Of a DNA stretch of 32,000 bases, positions 15,747-25,073 are shown one piece after another; within the stretch, counting starts at the first letter, position 1; every line of letters begins with the position of its first letter. The stretch comes from Xanthomonas campestris pv. campestris str. ATCC 33913 (GTDB taxonomy: Bacteria; Pseudomonadota; Gammaproteobacteria; Xanthomonadales; Xanthomonadaceae): the NCBI RefSeq assembly GCF_000007145.1, contig NC_003902.1, positions 4,406,497 to 4,438,496 on the forward strand, given 5' to 3'. A model generated the notes under the pieces. That model had not been told where the DNA came from. It saw nothing but the letters and a program-made list of their open reading frames with translations, and ran no database searches. The position numbers were made by a program, and so were the translations under genes.

Positions 15747-17015
15747 CTAGGACGCCGGGTCTGCCATTGCTTCAAAGCGCGGTGCGCGTGCGAAGTCGTT
15801 TCCGGTAAACGCGCGATCGCGGAACAGGAACCCGTAGTAGTAGGTGCGCAGTGCGCGGTGGTAGTCGCGGATGCGGTCCTGGTAGGCCAGCTGCGCCTGC
15901 AGATCGGTGCCGGCCAGACGCGTCAATGCGGCCTGCAGCGCCACCGGTGGCAACACCGCGGCTACGCGTTGCGCCAGCGCTTCGCGGCGGAGCAGGCCTT
16001 GCCGGTACGCGCTCACCTGCGGTGCCACCTGCGCATCGCCGTTGGCGTGGAAGGCGAAATACCACTTGTAGTGGAATGCATCGGTCAGCGGAGGCGAATC
16101 CGCCCACTGCGGATGGCGCGCGTAGAACGCCTGCATGGTGTGCTGGCGCGGAATGTCCCAGGCGTGGTTGACCGCTTCGCGCTGCAGCCGCGCAATCTCG
16201 GCGCCTTGATTGACCGGCACCGCCTGGTTGATCGCCACATGCGCCAGCGCCGGTGCCACCAGCGCCAGCACCACCCAGCACGTGGCCAGCGCAGTGGCAT
16301 GCGCGGCCGGCCGCCATGGCAGCCGCCCCACCAGCACCGCCACCACCACCCAGAACAACAGGTAGGCGCAAGTCAACGCCTGCACCGCCAGTTGCTGGCC
16401 CAGCGGCACGCCATTGAGCGTGGCGGCCACCGCAAACGGCAACGCCAGGCACAGCAGCACCGCCAGCGCACGCACCGTCACCCGCCGCGCCAGCAGCGCC
16501 GTGCCGGATCCGGGCAACGCTGCCAACATGCGCGCGCGCCCGGCCGCGTGTTCACCCGAGCGCAGGTCGAACAACAACGCAATGACAAACAGCGGCAACA
16601 GAAACACCACCACGAATGCGTAGTCGAAGCGGCCAGCCAGCGCGAGTTCGGGGTTGTAGCTGTCACCGTCATGGATCTGCGCCTCCAGGCCCAGCGCACG
16701 CACGCGCAGGATGTACGGCGACACATCGCGCATGCCCACCGCAGCAAACGCCAGTGGCGCAGGCGGATCCCAGGTGGGATGGAAACTGTAATAGGCCGCG
16801 CTGCCGGCATCGTTGCTGCGCGCCACATACGCCTGCACCGCAGCGATGTCTTCCTGCTGCAAGGCCGCGATGCGTGCGATGTTGTGGCGCTGTGTCTGCA
16901 TGAGGTGGTGCCCGGAAACCAGGCTGCACACGCCCAGCAGCACCAGCAAGGCCAGCCCTGCCACCGCCGCGCGTGCACGCAGCAGCAATAGCCATTCGTA
17001 GCGCCACACGGCCAT
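15747..17015 (-). CDS. DUF3526-type ABC-2 transporter permease (422 aa)
   Basis: Internal ATG 17015 of track ORF 15747..17522, overlapping the upstream stop (TGATG). Translation begins MAVWRYEWLLLLRARAAVAGLALLVLL... Multiple TM helices, then a soluble C-terminal part (AFHYKWYFAFHANGD...). Sits beside an ABC ATPase and a TonB-dependent receptor, the usual context for this family. Confidence 0.75.
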   Translation of the reverse strand: MAVWRYEWLLLLRARAAVAGLALLVLLGVCSLVSGHHLMQTQRHNIARIAALQQEDIAAVQAYVARSNDAGSAAYYSFHPTWDPPAPLAFAAVGMRDVSPYILRVRALGLEAQIHDGDSYNPELALAGRFDYAFVVVFLLPLFVIALLFDLRSGEHAAGRARMLAALPGSGTALLARRVTVRALAVLLCLALPFAVAATLNGVPLGQQLAVQALTCAYLLFWVVVAVLVGRLPWRPAAHATALATCWVVLALVAPALAHVAINQAVPVNQGAEIARLQREAVNHAWDIPRQHTMQAFYARHPQWADSPPLTDAFHYKWYFAFHANGDAQVAPQVSAYRQGLLRREALAQRVAAVLPPVALQAALTRLAGTDLQAQLAYQDRIRDYHRALRTYYYGFLFRDRAFTGNDFARAPRFEAMADPAS

Positions 17016-18451
17016 CAGCGTGCCACTCCCATGCGCCGCGCGGCGACCGTGACCAGGCACAGCGACAGCAGCAACCAGCCGGCGAGCAAGGCAAGGCTGG
17101 CACGCCCTGCGTGCAGCAACTGCGCCGTGGCCGATGGCTCGAATGCAAACACAGGAATGCGGTGCCAATGCGCTGCATCGATGCGCTTGCGCTGGTCGGC
17201 ACCGGCATCCTTGGCGGTGTCGTCGGCCAGGCTCACCGCATCGGCCTGCAATTGATTGAGCTGCTGCACCAGGCCATAGCGATACCGCTCGGCCTGACTG
17301 AGAAAACGTTCGTGCGCGCGCAGATCGGTCTGGGCCACCGTCATCGAGACCTCGCGCAAGGCCACCGTGGGGCTGAGCAGCGCAAACACGCGCACCAACA
17401 GATTCTGTTGCTGCTGGATCGCCGAATCGCGCGCCGCGTAGCGTGCGAACAGGCTGGCGGTCAGGCGTTCGCCTTCCAGTGCCAGCAGGCCCTTGTAGTT
17501 CACCGGCAGGTCTTCCACCCACTGCACGCCGTACTGCGCCAGCACTTGTTGCTTGAACTGCGCAAAGTGCGGGTCATCGGGGTTATGGCTGTCGCCGAGT
17601 GTGCGCAGATCGCGCTGGATCGCCACGTCCGTTTCCAGCCGCGTGGGCAGGCGATACGCGGCATTGGCGACATCCGGCGCCACCCGCGGTACCAGCAGGG
17701 CCAGCCAAACCCACAGTGCCAGCGCCACCAGCAAGGCGTCGCGGCCACGCCGGCACAGCACCGACACCGTCAGCACCAGCGCGCACCATGCCAGCAGATA
17801 CGCCGCATACGACAGCACCAGTACCGCCACCCGCACGCCCTGCCCCGGCAGCACCGCCACCGGCACCAAACCGACCAGCGCCGGCAACAGGCAGGCCGCC
17901 GCTACTGCGGTCAGGGCCAGATATTTTCCGCTCAGTATTTGCATCCGCGTGGCGCCCTGCAGCAACACCACGCGCAAGGTGCCGGTTTCCTGTTCGCGCG
18001 CCACTGCGCCGTAGCCCAGGAACACCAGCAGCAGCGGCGCCAGCACCTGCAGCACGAACGCAGGCGTGAGTTGCCCGAAGCGCACCAGCAACGAGCTTTG
18101 CCGCACGTCGCCGAAATTGGCGGTGTTCTGGCGGTGGCCTTCCAGAAACATGCTGTTGCCGGTGAAGGCATCCACGCCGGCATCGAAGGCCGCCAGTGCC
18201 GGCAACGGGCGATAGATGAAGTGCCCGTAATGCACCACGCGGTGCGGGTGCCGGTCTGGCTGTGCTTCGAACGCCTGCTGCGCGGCCTGTTGTTGCCGGG
18301 TGCGGAACTCGGAGACCTCGCGCTGGTGCTGCGCGGCGGTCAGCGCGGCCACCAGCGTCAACGCCATCAGCAGCACCAGGCCGATGGCCGCGGACCGGTT
18401 GCGTGCCATGTAGCGCAGTTCTTCGCGTGCCACCCACAGCACAGCACTCAT
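17015..18451 (-). CDS. DUF3526-type ABC-2 transporter permease (478 aa)
   Basis: Track ORF. The start overlaps the ATPase stop (ATGA). Six or so hydrophobic helices plus a long helical soluble insertion. Paralogous in layout to the downstream permease. Confidence 0.75.
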   Translation of the reverse strand: MSAVLWVAREELRYMARNRSAAIGLVLLMALTLVAALTAAQHQREVSEFRTRQQQAAQQAFEAQPDRHPHRVVHYGHFIYRPLPALAAFDAGVDAFTGNSMFLEGHRQNTANFGDVRQSSLLVRFGQLTPAFVLQVLAPLLLVFLGYGAVAREQETGTLRVVLLQGATRMQILSGKYLALTAVAAACLLPALVGLVPVAVLPGQGVRVAVLVLSYAAYLLAWCALVLTVSVLCRRGRDALLVALALWVWLALLVPRVAPDVANAAYRLPTRLETDVAIQRDLRTLGDSHNPDDPHFAQFKQQVLAQYGVQWVEDLPVNYKGLLALEGERLTASLFARYAARDSAIQQQQNLLVRVFALLSPTVALREVSMTVAQTDLRAHERFLSQAERYRYGLVQQLNQLQADAVSLADDTAKDAGADQRKRIDAAHWHRIPVFAFEPSATAQLLHAGRASLALLAGWLLLSLCLVTVAARRMGVAR

Positions 18452-19188
18452 GCGGCGCGGTCCTGCGGCCGCGCAAAGCGCGCATGCAGGGTGCGCACGT
18501 CGAAGCCGCTGTCACCGGCGCCGACTTCATCGACGATGCGCCCGTTTTCCAGAAAGCCGATGCGGTCGGCCACGTCCACTGCACCGAGCAGATCGTGCGT
18601 GACCATCAGCACCGCGCCGCCGCGCGCACGCACGCTGCTCACCAGCTGGTTGAAGTCGCCGATGGCGCGCGGGTCCAATCCGGAGGTGGGTTCGTCGAGC
18701 AACAGCACCGGCACCTCGCGCAAGGTGGCCACGGCGATCGCCACCTTTTGCCGCATGCCCTTGGAAAAACCACCCAGGCGCTGCGTCCATGCCTCGCGCT
18801 GCAGCCCGGCCGCGGCCAGCGCAGTGCCAATCGCCTCCGGGCTACGCCGCTGCCCGGCCAGCGCCAGCAGGTAATCGGCATTTTCCAGCGCGCTGAGGTG
18901 CTCGTAGAGCGCCACGTTTTCCGGCAGATACGCCAGGCGCGCCCGCGCCAGCCCAGGGTTGGCCACCGGGTCCACACCATCCACCTGCAGTTGCCCGGAC
19001 ACCGGCAGCACAAAGCCCAGCAACGCCGACAGCGTGGACGACTTACCCGCGCCGTTACCACCCAGCAGCGCATACACACTGCCAGGCGCCACCTGCAGGT
19101 GCAGCCCCTGCAATACCGCGCGGCCGCGGTAGGACACGTGGACGTCGACAAGGGAAATGGCGGAAACAGGCGGCGCGGCAGAGGACAT
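18448..19188 (-). CDS. ABC transporter ATP-binding protein (246 aa)
   Basis: Track ORF. Walker A GGNGAGKSS, signature-like FSKGMRQKV, Walker B VLLLDEPTSGLD, H-loop VTHD. Confidence 0.9.
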   Translation of the reverse strand: MSSAAPPVSAISLVDVHVSYRGRAVLQGLHLQVAPGSVYALLGGNGAGKSSTLSALLGFVLPVSGQLQVDGVDPVANPGLARARLAYLPENVALYEHLSALENADYLLALAGQRRSPEAIGTALAAAGLQREAWTQRLGGFSKGMRQKVAIAVATLREVPVLLLDEPTSGLDPRAIGDFNQLVSSVRARGGAVLMVTHDLLGAVDVADRIGFLENGRIVDEVGAGDSGFDVRTLHARFARPQDRAA

Positions 19189-19212
19189 GGCAAGCGGTCA
19201 TTACAAATGAAT

Positions 19213-19225
19213 TGATACGTTATCA
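19213..19225. promoter_or_regulatory. Palindromic operator-like site TGATA-CGT-TATCA in an AT-rich patch upstream of the ABC/receptor operon
   Basis: tgatacgttatca lies 25 nt upstream of the ATPase start, inside acaaatgaattgatacgttatcacattg. This is the only AT-rich patch in the 315-bp divergent region. The half-sites resemble Fur-box halves but the spacing is not canonical. Confidence 0.25.
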
Positions 19226-19503
19226 CATTGCGCCCCGCGCTCGCGGCGTCGGGGCGATGGCCGCCTGCTGTGTCATCGGTGGCGCAGTGATGCAGCGGCT
19301 TGCGTTGCTCCAGGCACACCGCTTTTTAAAGCTCGGCGCGCGCCATCTGCATGCATTCGACCTGCAAAGCGTACGCGGCTGGCTTTGGAGCGACGCCCAC
19401 CGGCTCGCCGGCACTACTGAAGCACCAAGAATTGCAATGTTATTCTGTTACGAAATATCGCTGCATCGACACCGTATTCGTCAACGAGACCACTGATCAC
19501 CGC

Positions 19504-21345
19504 ATGCCTTCTCCCCAGCACAGCCGCCTGCCCCGCACCTCCACCCGCAACCCCATCGGCGGTGACGCCGCCACCGCGCCGCGCTGCGCACACGCCCGTG
19601 CCAACCTGCTCGCGCTGACCTTGCTGGCCAGCCTGCACGCGTCCGCGCAGCCAGCCCTGGATACCCGCGCGCCGCTGCCGCCGGTGCGCGCCTGGCATGG
19701 CGCCAGCGAGTCGCTGGTGATGAAGGCGAACGCCGAGTGGGCAACTCCGGCCGAACGCAGCGACTTCGTCAGCACGCCCAGTTATGCGGACACCCGCGCG
19801 TGGCTGAAGCGCCTGGTCGCCGCCTCGCCACTGTTGTCGCTGGAGGTGTTCGGCACCAGCAGCGAAGGCCGCGACCTGTTGCTGGTGCGCGCCCGCAAGG
19901 GAGCAGCCGGCAAACCCGTGGTGCTGGCGCAGGCCGGCATCCACGCCGGCGAGATCGATGGCAAGGACGCCGGCCTGATGCTGTTGCGCGACATCGCGCA
20001 GGGCGGCAAGGGCGCGCTGCTGGACCAGGTGGATTTCGTGTTCGTGCCGATCCTCAATGTGGATGGCCACGAGCAGCGCGGCCCGCTGGTGGGCGCGGCC
20101 CTGCGTGGCCCGCAGGGGGCGGGCTGGAACAGCACCCCGCGCGGCATCAACCTCAATCGCGACTATCTCAACCTCGAGACGCCGGAAGCCCGCGCGGTGG
20201 TGGCGCTGCTGCACCGGCTGGACCCCGCGCTGTACATCGACCTGCATGTCAGCGAAGGGCTGGATCATCAATACGACATCACCTACACCTTCGCTGGCTG
20301 GGGCACGTATGCACGCTCGCGCGCCACTGCCGGCTGGCTGCAGCAGCGCTTCACCCCGGCGGTCGATGCCGCGTTGCGCACGCAGGGCCACACCCCCACC
20401 ATCTACCCCAGCCTGATCGACGAAAACGACCCGCGCTCGGGCCTGCGCTACTCGCCGGAAGGCCCGCGCTATTCCACCGGCTACGGCGACTTTGCCGGCA
20501 TCCCCACCGTGCTGGTGGAGAACCACCGGCTCAAGTCCTATCGCCAGCGCGTGCTCGGCGACTACGTGCTGCTGGAAGTGGCGCTGCGCGTGGTGGCCCG
20601 CGATGCCACGCGCATTGCCGCCGCCAAACGCACCGACCGCGCCGCGCGGCCCGCCGAACTGATGGTGGCCTGGGAGCGCCTGGAGCAGCCGATCGCGCAG
20701 CTGCCCTTCAAGGGCGTGACCTACACGCGTGCGCTGTCGCCGGCATCGGGCCGGCAGGAGCTGCGCTGGGAAGGCCGCGATGCCACCTGGACCATGCCGG
20801 TGGTCGGCTATCGCCAGACCCAGGCGGTGACCTATCCGCAGGCCTGGTGGATTCCGCCCGGCAACGCCGATGTGGTCGCGCGATTGGATGCCCACGGCAT
20901 TCAGTACGAGCGCCTGCAGCAGCCACGCCAGTTGCGCGTGGAGCGCACCCGCATGGTCAAGCAGTCCGGCAGCAACACCCCGCACAGCGCGCAGGTGGAA
21001 GAAACCTTTGCGCCCGGCAGCATCCGCATTCCTTCCGACCAGCCGATGCGCATGCTGGCCGCCGCCTTGCTGGAGCCGCAAAGCAGCGACTCGCTGCTGG
21101 CCAGCGGCCTGTTCCGCCACGCCGGCAACCCGGACAGCGGCCTCTACGGCGCCGAGCTGGTGCGTTTCACCGAACGCATGTTGCAACACGACGCAGCCTT
21201 GCGCAGCGACTTCGAACGCAAGCTCGCCGCTGACCCCGCGTTTCGTGCCGATGGCGACGCGCGCCTGCAATGGATCTACGCACGTTCGCCGTACGCCGCT
21301 CTGAGCGGCTGGCAATATCCGGTGCGACGTGAGCTGCGCGAGTGA
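19504..21345 (+). CDS. M14-family zinc carboxypeptidase, secreted (613 aa)
   Basis: ATG 19504 inside track ORF 19351..21345. Signal-like ANLLALTLLASLHASAQPA. Zinc and catalytic motifs: GIHAGEIDG (HxxE), NLNRDY, IDLHVSEG. Confidence 0.85.
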   Translation: MPSPQHSRLPRTSTRNPIGGDAATAPRCAHARANLLALTLLASLHASAQPALDTRAPLPPVRAWHGASESLVMKANAEWATPAERSDFVSTPSYADTRAWLKRLVAASPLLSLEVFGTSSEGRDLLLVRARKGAAGKPVVLAQAGIHAGEIDGKDAGLMLLRDIAQGGKGALLDQVDFVFVPILNVDGHEQRGPLVGAALRGPQGAGWNSTPRGINLNRDYLNLETPEARAVVALLHRLDPALYIDLHVSEGLDHQYDITYTFAGWGTYARSRATAGWLQQRFTPAVDAALRTQGHTPTIYPSLIDENDPRSGLRYSPEGPRYSTGYGDFAGIPTVLVENHRLKSYRQRVLGDYVLLEVALRVVARDATRIAAAKRTDRAARPAELMVAWERLEQPIAQLPFKGVTYTRALSPASGRQELRWEGRDATWTMPVVGYRQTQAVTYPQAWWIPPGNADVVARLDAHGIQYERLQQPRQLRVERTRMVKQSGSNTPHSAQVEETFAPGSIRIPSDQPMRMLAAALLEPQSSDSLLASGLFRHAGNPDSGLYGAELVRFTERMLQHDAALRSDFERKLAADPAFRADGDARLQWIYARSPYAALSGWQYPVRRELRE

Positions 21346-21376
21346 GCGGCCGCACTGCGGCCGCACTGCGGCCGCT
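21346..21376 (+). repeat. Tandem GCGGCCGCACT x2 plus GCGGCCGCT immediately after the peptidase stop (slipped-hairpin terminator candidate)
   Basis: gcggccgcact gcggccgcact gcggccgct: three GCGGCCGC palindromes in 31 nt. AGCGGCCGCA (21345-21354) can pair with TGCGGCCGCT (21367-21376). Confidence 0.5.
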
Positions 21377-21538
21377 GGCGTGCGGCAGCGCCTGGCGAGG
21401 CTGAGTCACTGCATACAGCGCAGCGTGCACCACGCAAGCGCGCAGGAAGGCGCACCTCACCGGCGATGACGTCGCCCGACACGTCGCTTCCCACGGATGC
21501 GCAGTGATCACCATGATCACCACATCGCCCGTAGACCG

Positions 21539-22471
21539 TTACGCCATCGGTCGCTGCACTACCGGCGCATGCTCGGCCATCAACGCAATCACCCAATCGA
21601 TGAACACGCGGAGCTTCGCGCTCACGTGCCGGTTGGGCGGGAAGGCGATCGAGAGCGGCATCGGGTCCAGCTGCCAGTCCGCGAACACCGGCAGCAGCTC
21701 GCCGCGGCTCAGCGGTGCACGCGCCATGTACTGCGGCAACCACAACACGCCCATGCCGGCCAGCCCCGCGGCCAGGTAGGCATTGCCGTCGTCGCTGGCC
21801 ACCACGTAGCGACCGTGCACCTGCACGTGTTCGCCATCGCGCTGCATCACCAGTGGCCACGGCACGCCATCGCCCCAGCGCATGAAGCCTACGGTGCGGT
21901 GGGCGGTGTCTTCTAGCTCGCGTGGATGCGCAGGCATGCCCAGGCGTGCGAGATAGCCGGGCGCTGCATACACGCCCGCCTGCAGGTCACCCACGTGCCG
22001 CGCCACCAGCGATTGATCAGTGATGGTGCCGCCGCGCACCACGCAGTCGATCTGCTCGCCGATCAGATCCACGCGGCGATCGCTGGCGCCCATGTGCAAC
22101 TGGATATCCGGATACCGCGCATGAAAGTCCGGCAGCGCGGGCATCAGGATCAGGCGCGCCAGCGGGCTGGGCACATCCACGCGCAAGCGCCCACGCGGCA
22201 CGCTGGATGCCACCGACAAACTGGTTTCCGCATCGTCCATGTCGGCCAGCAAGCGCACCACACGCTCGTAATAGGCCGCGCCATCGGCGGTGACCGCCAC
22301 ACGGCGCGTGGTGCGATTGAGCAAGGTCACCCGCAGGCGCGCCTCCAGCTGTTGCACCAGCTGGGTCACCGTTGCCCTGCTGATCTGCAGGGTGTCGGCG
22401 GCCTTGGTGAAGCTGCCGGACTCGACCACACGTGCGAATGCCTGCATTGCATCGAACCGATCCATCGCCAT
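21539..22471 (-). CDS. LysR-family transcriptional regulator (310 aa)
   Basis: Track ORF. N-terminal HTH text MDRFDAMQAFARVVESGSFTKAADTLQISRATVTQLVQQLEARLRVTLLNRTTRRV. Divergent from the RidA-like gene. Confidence 0.92.
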   Translation of the reverse strand: MAMDRFDAMQAFARVVESGSFTKAADTLQISRATVTQLVQQLEARLRVTLLNRTTRRVAVTADGAAYYERVVRLLADMDDAETSLSVASSVPRGRLRVDVPSPLARLILMPALPDFHARYPDIQLHMGASDRRVDLIGEQIDCVVRGGTITDQSLVARHVGDLQAGVYAAPGYLARLGMPAHPRELEDTAHRTVGFMRWGDGVPWPLVMQRDGEHVQVHGRYVVASDDGNAYLAAGLAGMGVLWLPQYMARAPLSRGELLPVFADWQLDPMPLSIAFPPNRHVSAKLRVFIDWVIALMAEHAPVVQRPMA

Positions 22472-22600
22472 CCTGCGGTCTGCTCAATTGTTTGGATTCT
22501 ACAAATAGTCATGTGCGCTGGCAGGGATTTATCCGCTGCCGCGCGCTGCTTACTGTGGCTGCACGTTCGATGGGCACGTTGCCCACATAGGAGATACCCC

Positions 22601-23005
22601 ATGGCAACACGTGACGCTGTTTTCCCCGCAGGCCGTCAGGCGCTGTATGAGCGCAACCGCTACTCGCCCGCCCTCCGTGCGGAGGGCCTGCTGTTTGTCT
22701 CCGGCCAGGTCGGCAGCCGCGACGATGGCTCGCCCGAACCCGACCTGGACGCCCAGATCGCACTGGCGTTTTCCAACCTCGACGCGGTACTCGCCGCGGC
22801 GGGCTGCACGCGGGACGACGTCATCGACGTCACCTGGTTCATGGTCGACCCGGACACCATCTTCGACGTCGTGTTCAAGCAGTGGGCCACGCACTGGGGC
22901 CCGCCGCCCTACCCGACCGTCACCGCTGTGGGCGTGACCTGGCTGTACGGCTTCCAGTTCGAGATCAAGGTGATTGCCAAGCTGCCGGAGCAGGCGGCGG
23001 CGTGA
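22601..23005 (+). CDS. RidA/YjgF-family (reactive intermediate deaminase-like) protein (134 aa)
   Basis: TAGGAGA-N5-ATG at 22601 inside track ORF 21926..23005. Family-typical text includes PALRAEGLLFVSGQVG..., DVTWFMVD and FEIKVIA. Confidence 0.8.
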   Translation: MATRDAVFPAGRQALYERNRYSPALRAEGLLFVSGQVGSRDDGSPEPDLDAQIALAFSNLDAVLAAAGCTRDDVIDVTWFMVDPDTIFDVVFKQWATHWGPPPYPTVTAVGVTWLYGFQFEIKVIAKLPEQAAA

Positions 23006-23012
23006 TCGCAAA

Positions 23013-23041
23013 TGCAGGGGCCGCGTATGGCGGCCCCTGCA
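23013..23041. terminator. Bidirectional hairpin terminator between convergent genes
   Basis: TGCAGGGGCCGC (23013-23024) / GCGGCCCCTGCA (23030-23041), 5-nt loop. Lies 8 nt after the RidA-like stop and 13 nt before the SDR stop. Confidence 0.6.
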
Positions 23042-23053
23042 TCGTCTCACCCC

Positions 23054-23956
23054 TCAGGATGTTGACGACTGCGTTGCCACACTGCGCAGGCGCTCCATGC
23101 CCATGATGCGGAACACGCGCTCGGTCTGCGCCTCCACCACGGCGTTGATTGCCTCCGCACCGTAATCGGCAAAATCCACGGTGATTCGCAGTGGTTTGGC
23201 ACCTACCGGCAAGGCCAGTACGCGGGCAATCGCATCGGCCACCGCCTGCACCGGCGCCGGCTGCGCATCGCGGAACAACCGGCGCAGGCCAGGCGAATAG
23301 TTGTCGAATTCCGGCTGCACGGCGGCATAGCCGTCCACGGCCTGGGTGTCCTGCGGATGCACCGCGGTCTGGAAGTGCGAGGTGCCGTCCATAAAGGTGC
23401 CGGGCATGACGATGACGGTTTCGATGCCCAGCGGCTGCACTTCGTAGGCGGTCGTTTCGGCCACTGCATCGAGTGCATATTTGCCGGCAACGTACGGCAT
23501 CATGAATGGCGCAACGATGCGGGTGATGGTGCTGCCCACATACAGCAAGGTGCCGTGGCCCTGCTTGCGCAGCTGCGGCAATGCCGCGCGATTGAGCCGG
23601 TGGGCGCCCACCGCGTTGGTGTTGAAACTGTCGGCCAACTGCTCGGCAGTGAACCCTTCTGCCATGCCGATATACAGATGCGCCGCGTTATGGATCACCA
23701 CATCCAGATGACCGTGCTCGGCCACCACCTGTTCCACCGCGCGCTGGCAGGACGCCTCGCTGTGGATGTCCATGTCCACTACCCGCACCTGCGCGGCGTG
23801 CGCACGTGCGTAGTCTTCCAGCGCATGCCGGCGTTCCTTGCTGCGCCCGTCGGGGTCGCGCACGCCGGCATACACCACATAGCCCGCGCGCATGAGCGTT
23901 TGCGCCGTGAGCAGGCCCATGCCCGATCCGGATCCTGAAATCAGCACTGTCTTCAT
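23054..23956 (-). CDS. SDR-family oxidoreductase (300 aa)
   Basis: Track ORF. Glycine-rich MKTVLISGSGSGMGL, NAA at HNAAH, catalytic YVAGKYAL (YxxxK). Confidence 0.88.
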   Translation of the reverse strand: MKTVLISGSGSGMGLLTAQTLMRAGYVVYAGVRDPDGRSKERRHALEDYARAHAAQVRVVDMDIHSEASCQRAVEQVVAEHGHLDVVIHNAAHLYIGMAEGFTAEQLADSFNTNAVGAHRLNRAALPQLRKQGHGTLLYVGSTITRIVAPFMMPYVAGKYALDAVAETTAYEVQPLGIETVIVMPGTFMDGTSHFQTAVHPQDTQAVDGYAAVQPEFDNYSPGLRRLFRDAQPAPVQAVADAIARVLALPVGAKPLRITVDFADYGAEAINAVVEAQTERVFRIMGMERLRSVATQSSTS

Positions 23957-24124
23957 GTTGTCTCCGATGCAATGACGCCTCCGGATTGCGCGCAGGCTTT
24001 GCCACCGGCGCGGAGGCGAAGGCCGGAGCAGAGATTCAACGGTGCGTTGCGCTGCGGGTTGAAGCGGTGTGTCTGGTCACGCACGCTGCAGTGGCATTCC
24101 ACACTGCAGCGCTGTGTGGCTTCG

Positions 24125-24514
24125 TTACTCGCCAGTTTCGCGATAGAAGACCATGCCACCGTGATGCAGTTCATCGGCGGTGACGAACGTGCCATCGGCG
24201 GTGAAGCCGGTGTCGTCCCAATACTGGATCCGATTGCCTTCCACTTCATAGCGGCCTTGATAGGCACTCTTGCGTGTGCCGCGGGCTTCGTCGTAGCGGC
24301 CGGTGGGCAGTAGCTCCTGACGGATGCGGCCGTCGCCAGTGACCCACATGCCCAAGTACGGATGGTGTTGCATGAGATGCTCCGAGGGAGAAGAAGAGGC
24401 TGCGCTGCTGACGCCGGATGCATCGCCGCGCCATGCGCTGGTGGGCCCGCACAGCACGGCAGCGCCGGCGCCGATGGCCACCGCAACAGCGAGCTGCATT
24501 CGGGTATCGTTCAT
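24125..24514 (-). CDS. Atu4866-domain protein with N-terminal signal/anchor (129 aa)
   Basis: ATG 24514 inside track ORF 24125..25198, overlapping the upstream stop (ATGA). The C-terminal ~75 aa (YLGMWVTGDGRIRQELLPTGRYDEARGTRKSAYQGRYEVEGNRIQYWDDTGFTADGTFVTADELHHGGMVFYRE) match my memory of the Atu4866 domain. Confidence 0.7.
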   Translation of the reverse strand: MNDTRMQLAVAVAIGAGAAVLCGPTSAWRGDASGVSSAASSSPSEHLMQHHPYLGMWVTGDGRIRQELLPTGRYDEARGTRKSAYQGRYEVEGNRIQYWDDTGFTADGTFVTADELHHGGMVFYRETGE

Positions 24515-25056
24515 GGGCTGCCCGCGCGTGCAGCCGTGTCCGGGATGCGTTGCAACACATCGGTGTAGTGCGGCAAATCCAGGAAGGCGTTGACCTCCAC
24601 CACCTTGTCGTCGCGCATCCGCATGATCCACGCATACCGATTGCGGTACGGGGCACCATCGCGCGCAGTGGCCGCGCCTTCCCATTGCACGATCACATGC
24701 GCGCCATCGGCCCACAGCTGCCAGTGCAGCGGCCGCAGCGGCGTGGACAGGCGGCTGGCCAACGGGCGCACCGCCTTGTCGACCAGCGCGTCGCGCCCAT
24801 GCACGGTGCCGGCGAACGGGCCGGAGCCTTCGATGGTCCAGGTGACGTCGCTGGCCAGCAGCGTGTCGAACAACCCGCTGCCGCCGGCCGCCCACTGCTT
24901 GAACGCGATATCGACCAGCTGCTTGTTGTGCGCAGCCATGTGCGGGGTGTCGTGCTGTGCGGCTGCGGCGGGGGCGGCCACGCTGGCCGCCTGTGCGCCG
25001 GGCAGCCACAGCACGGCCGCCAGCAGGACGGCAGGCAATGCGGTGTGTGTGCTCAT
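24511..25056 (-). CDS. NTF2-like (SnoaL-type) protein with Sec signal peptide (181 aa)
   Basis: AGGAG-N7-ATG at 25056 inside track ORF 24511..25299. Signal MSTHTALPAVLLAAVLWLPGAQA/A. NTF2-like text: NKQLVDIAFKQWAAGG...TWTIEGSGPFAGT...YAWIMRMRDDKVVEVNAFLD. Confidence 0.7.
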   Translation of the reverse strand: MSTHTALPAVLLAAVLWLPGAQAASVAAPAAAAQHDTPHMAAHNKQLVDIAFKQWAAGGSGLFDTLLASDVTWTIEGSGPFAGTVHGRDALVDKAVRPLASRLSTPLRPLHWQLWADGAHVIVQWEGAATARDGAPYRNRYAWIMRMRDDKVVEVNAFLDLPHYTDVLQRIPDTAARAGSP

Positions 25057-25073
25057 GTGCGGTACTCCTGTGC

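Noticed and set aside
16973-18874. 633-aa plus-strand ORF
   Set aside because: Antisense shadow spanning the permease and ATPase genes, with His/Arg/Gln-rich nonsense text.
19205-19230. Canonical Fur box
   Set aside because: The half-sites TGATA/TATCA are present, but I could not align the 19-bp GATAATGATAATCATTATC consensus well and the spacing is wrong. It is kept only as a generic palindromic operator candidate.
19414-21366. 650-aa minus-strand ORF
   Set aside because: Antisense shadow of the M14 peptidase gene.
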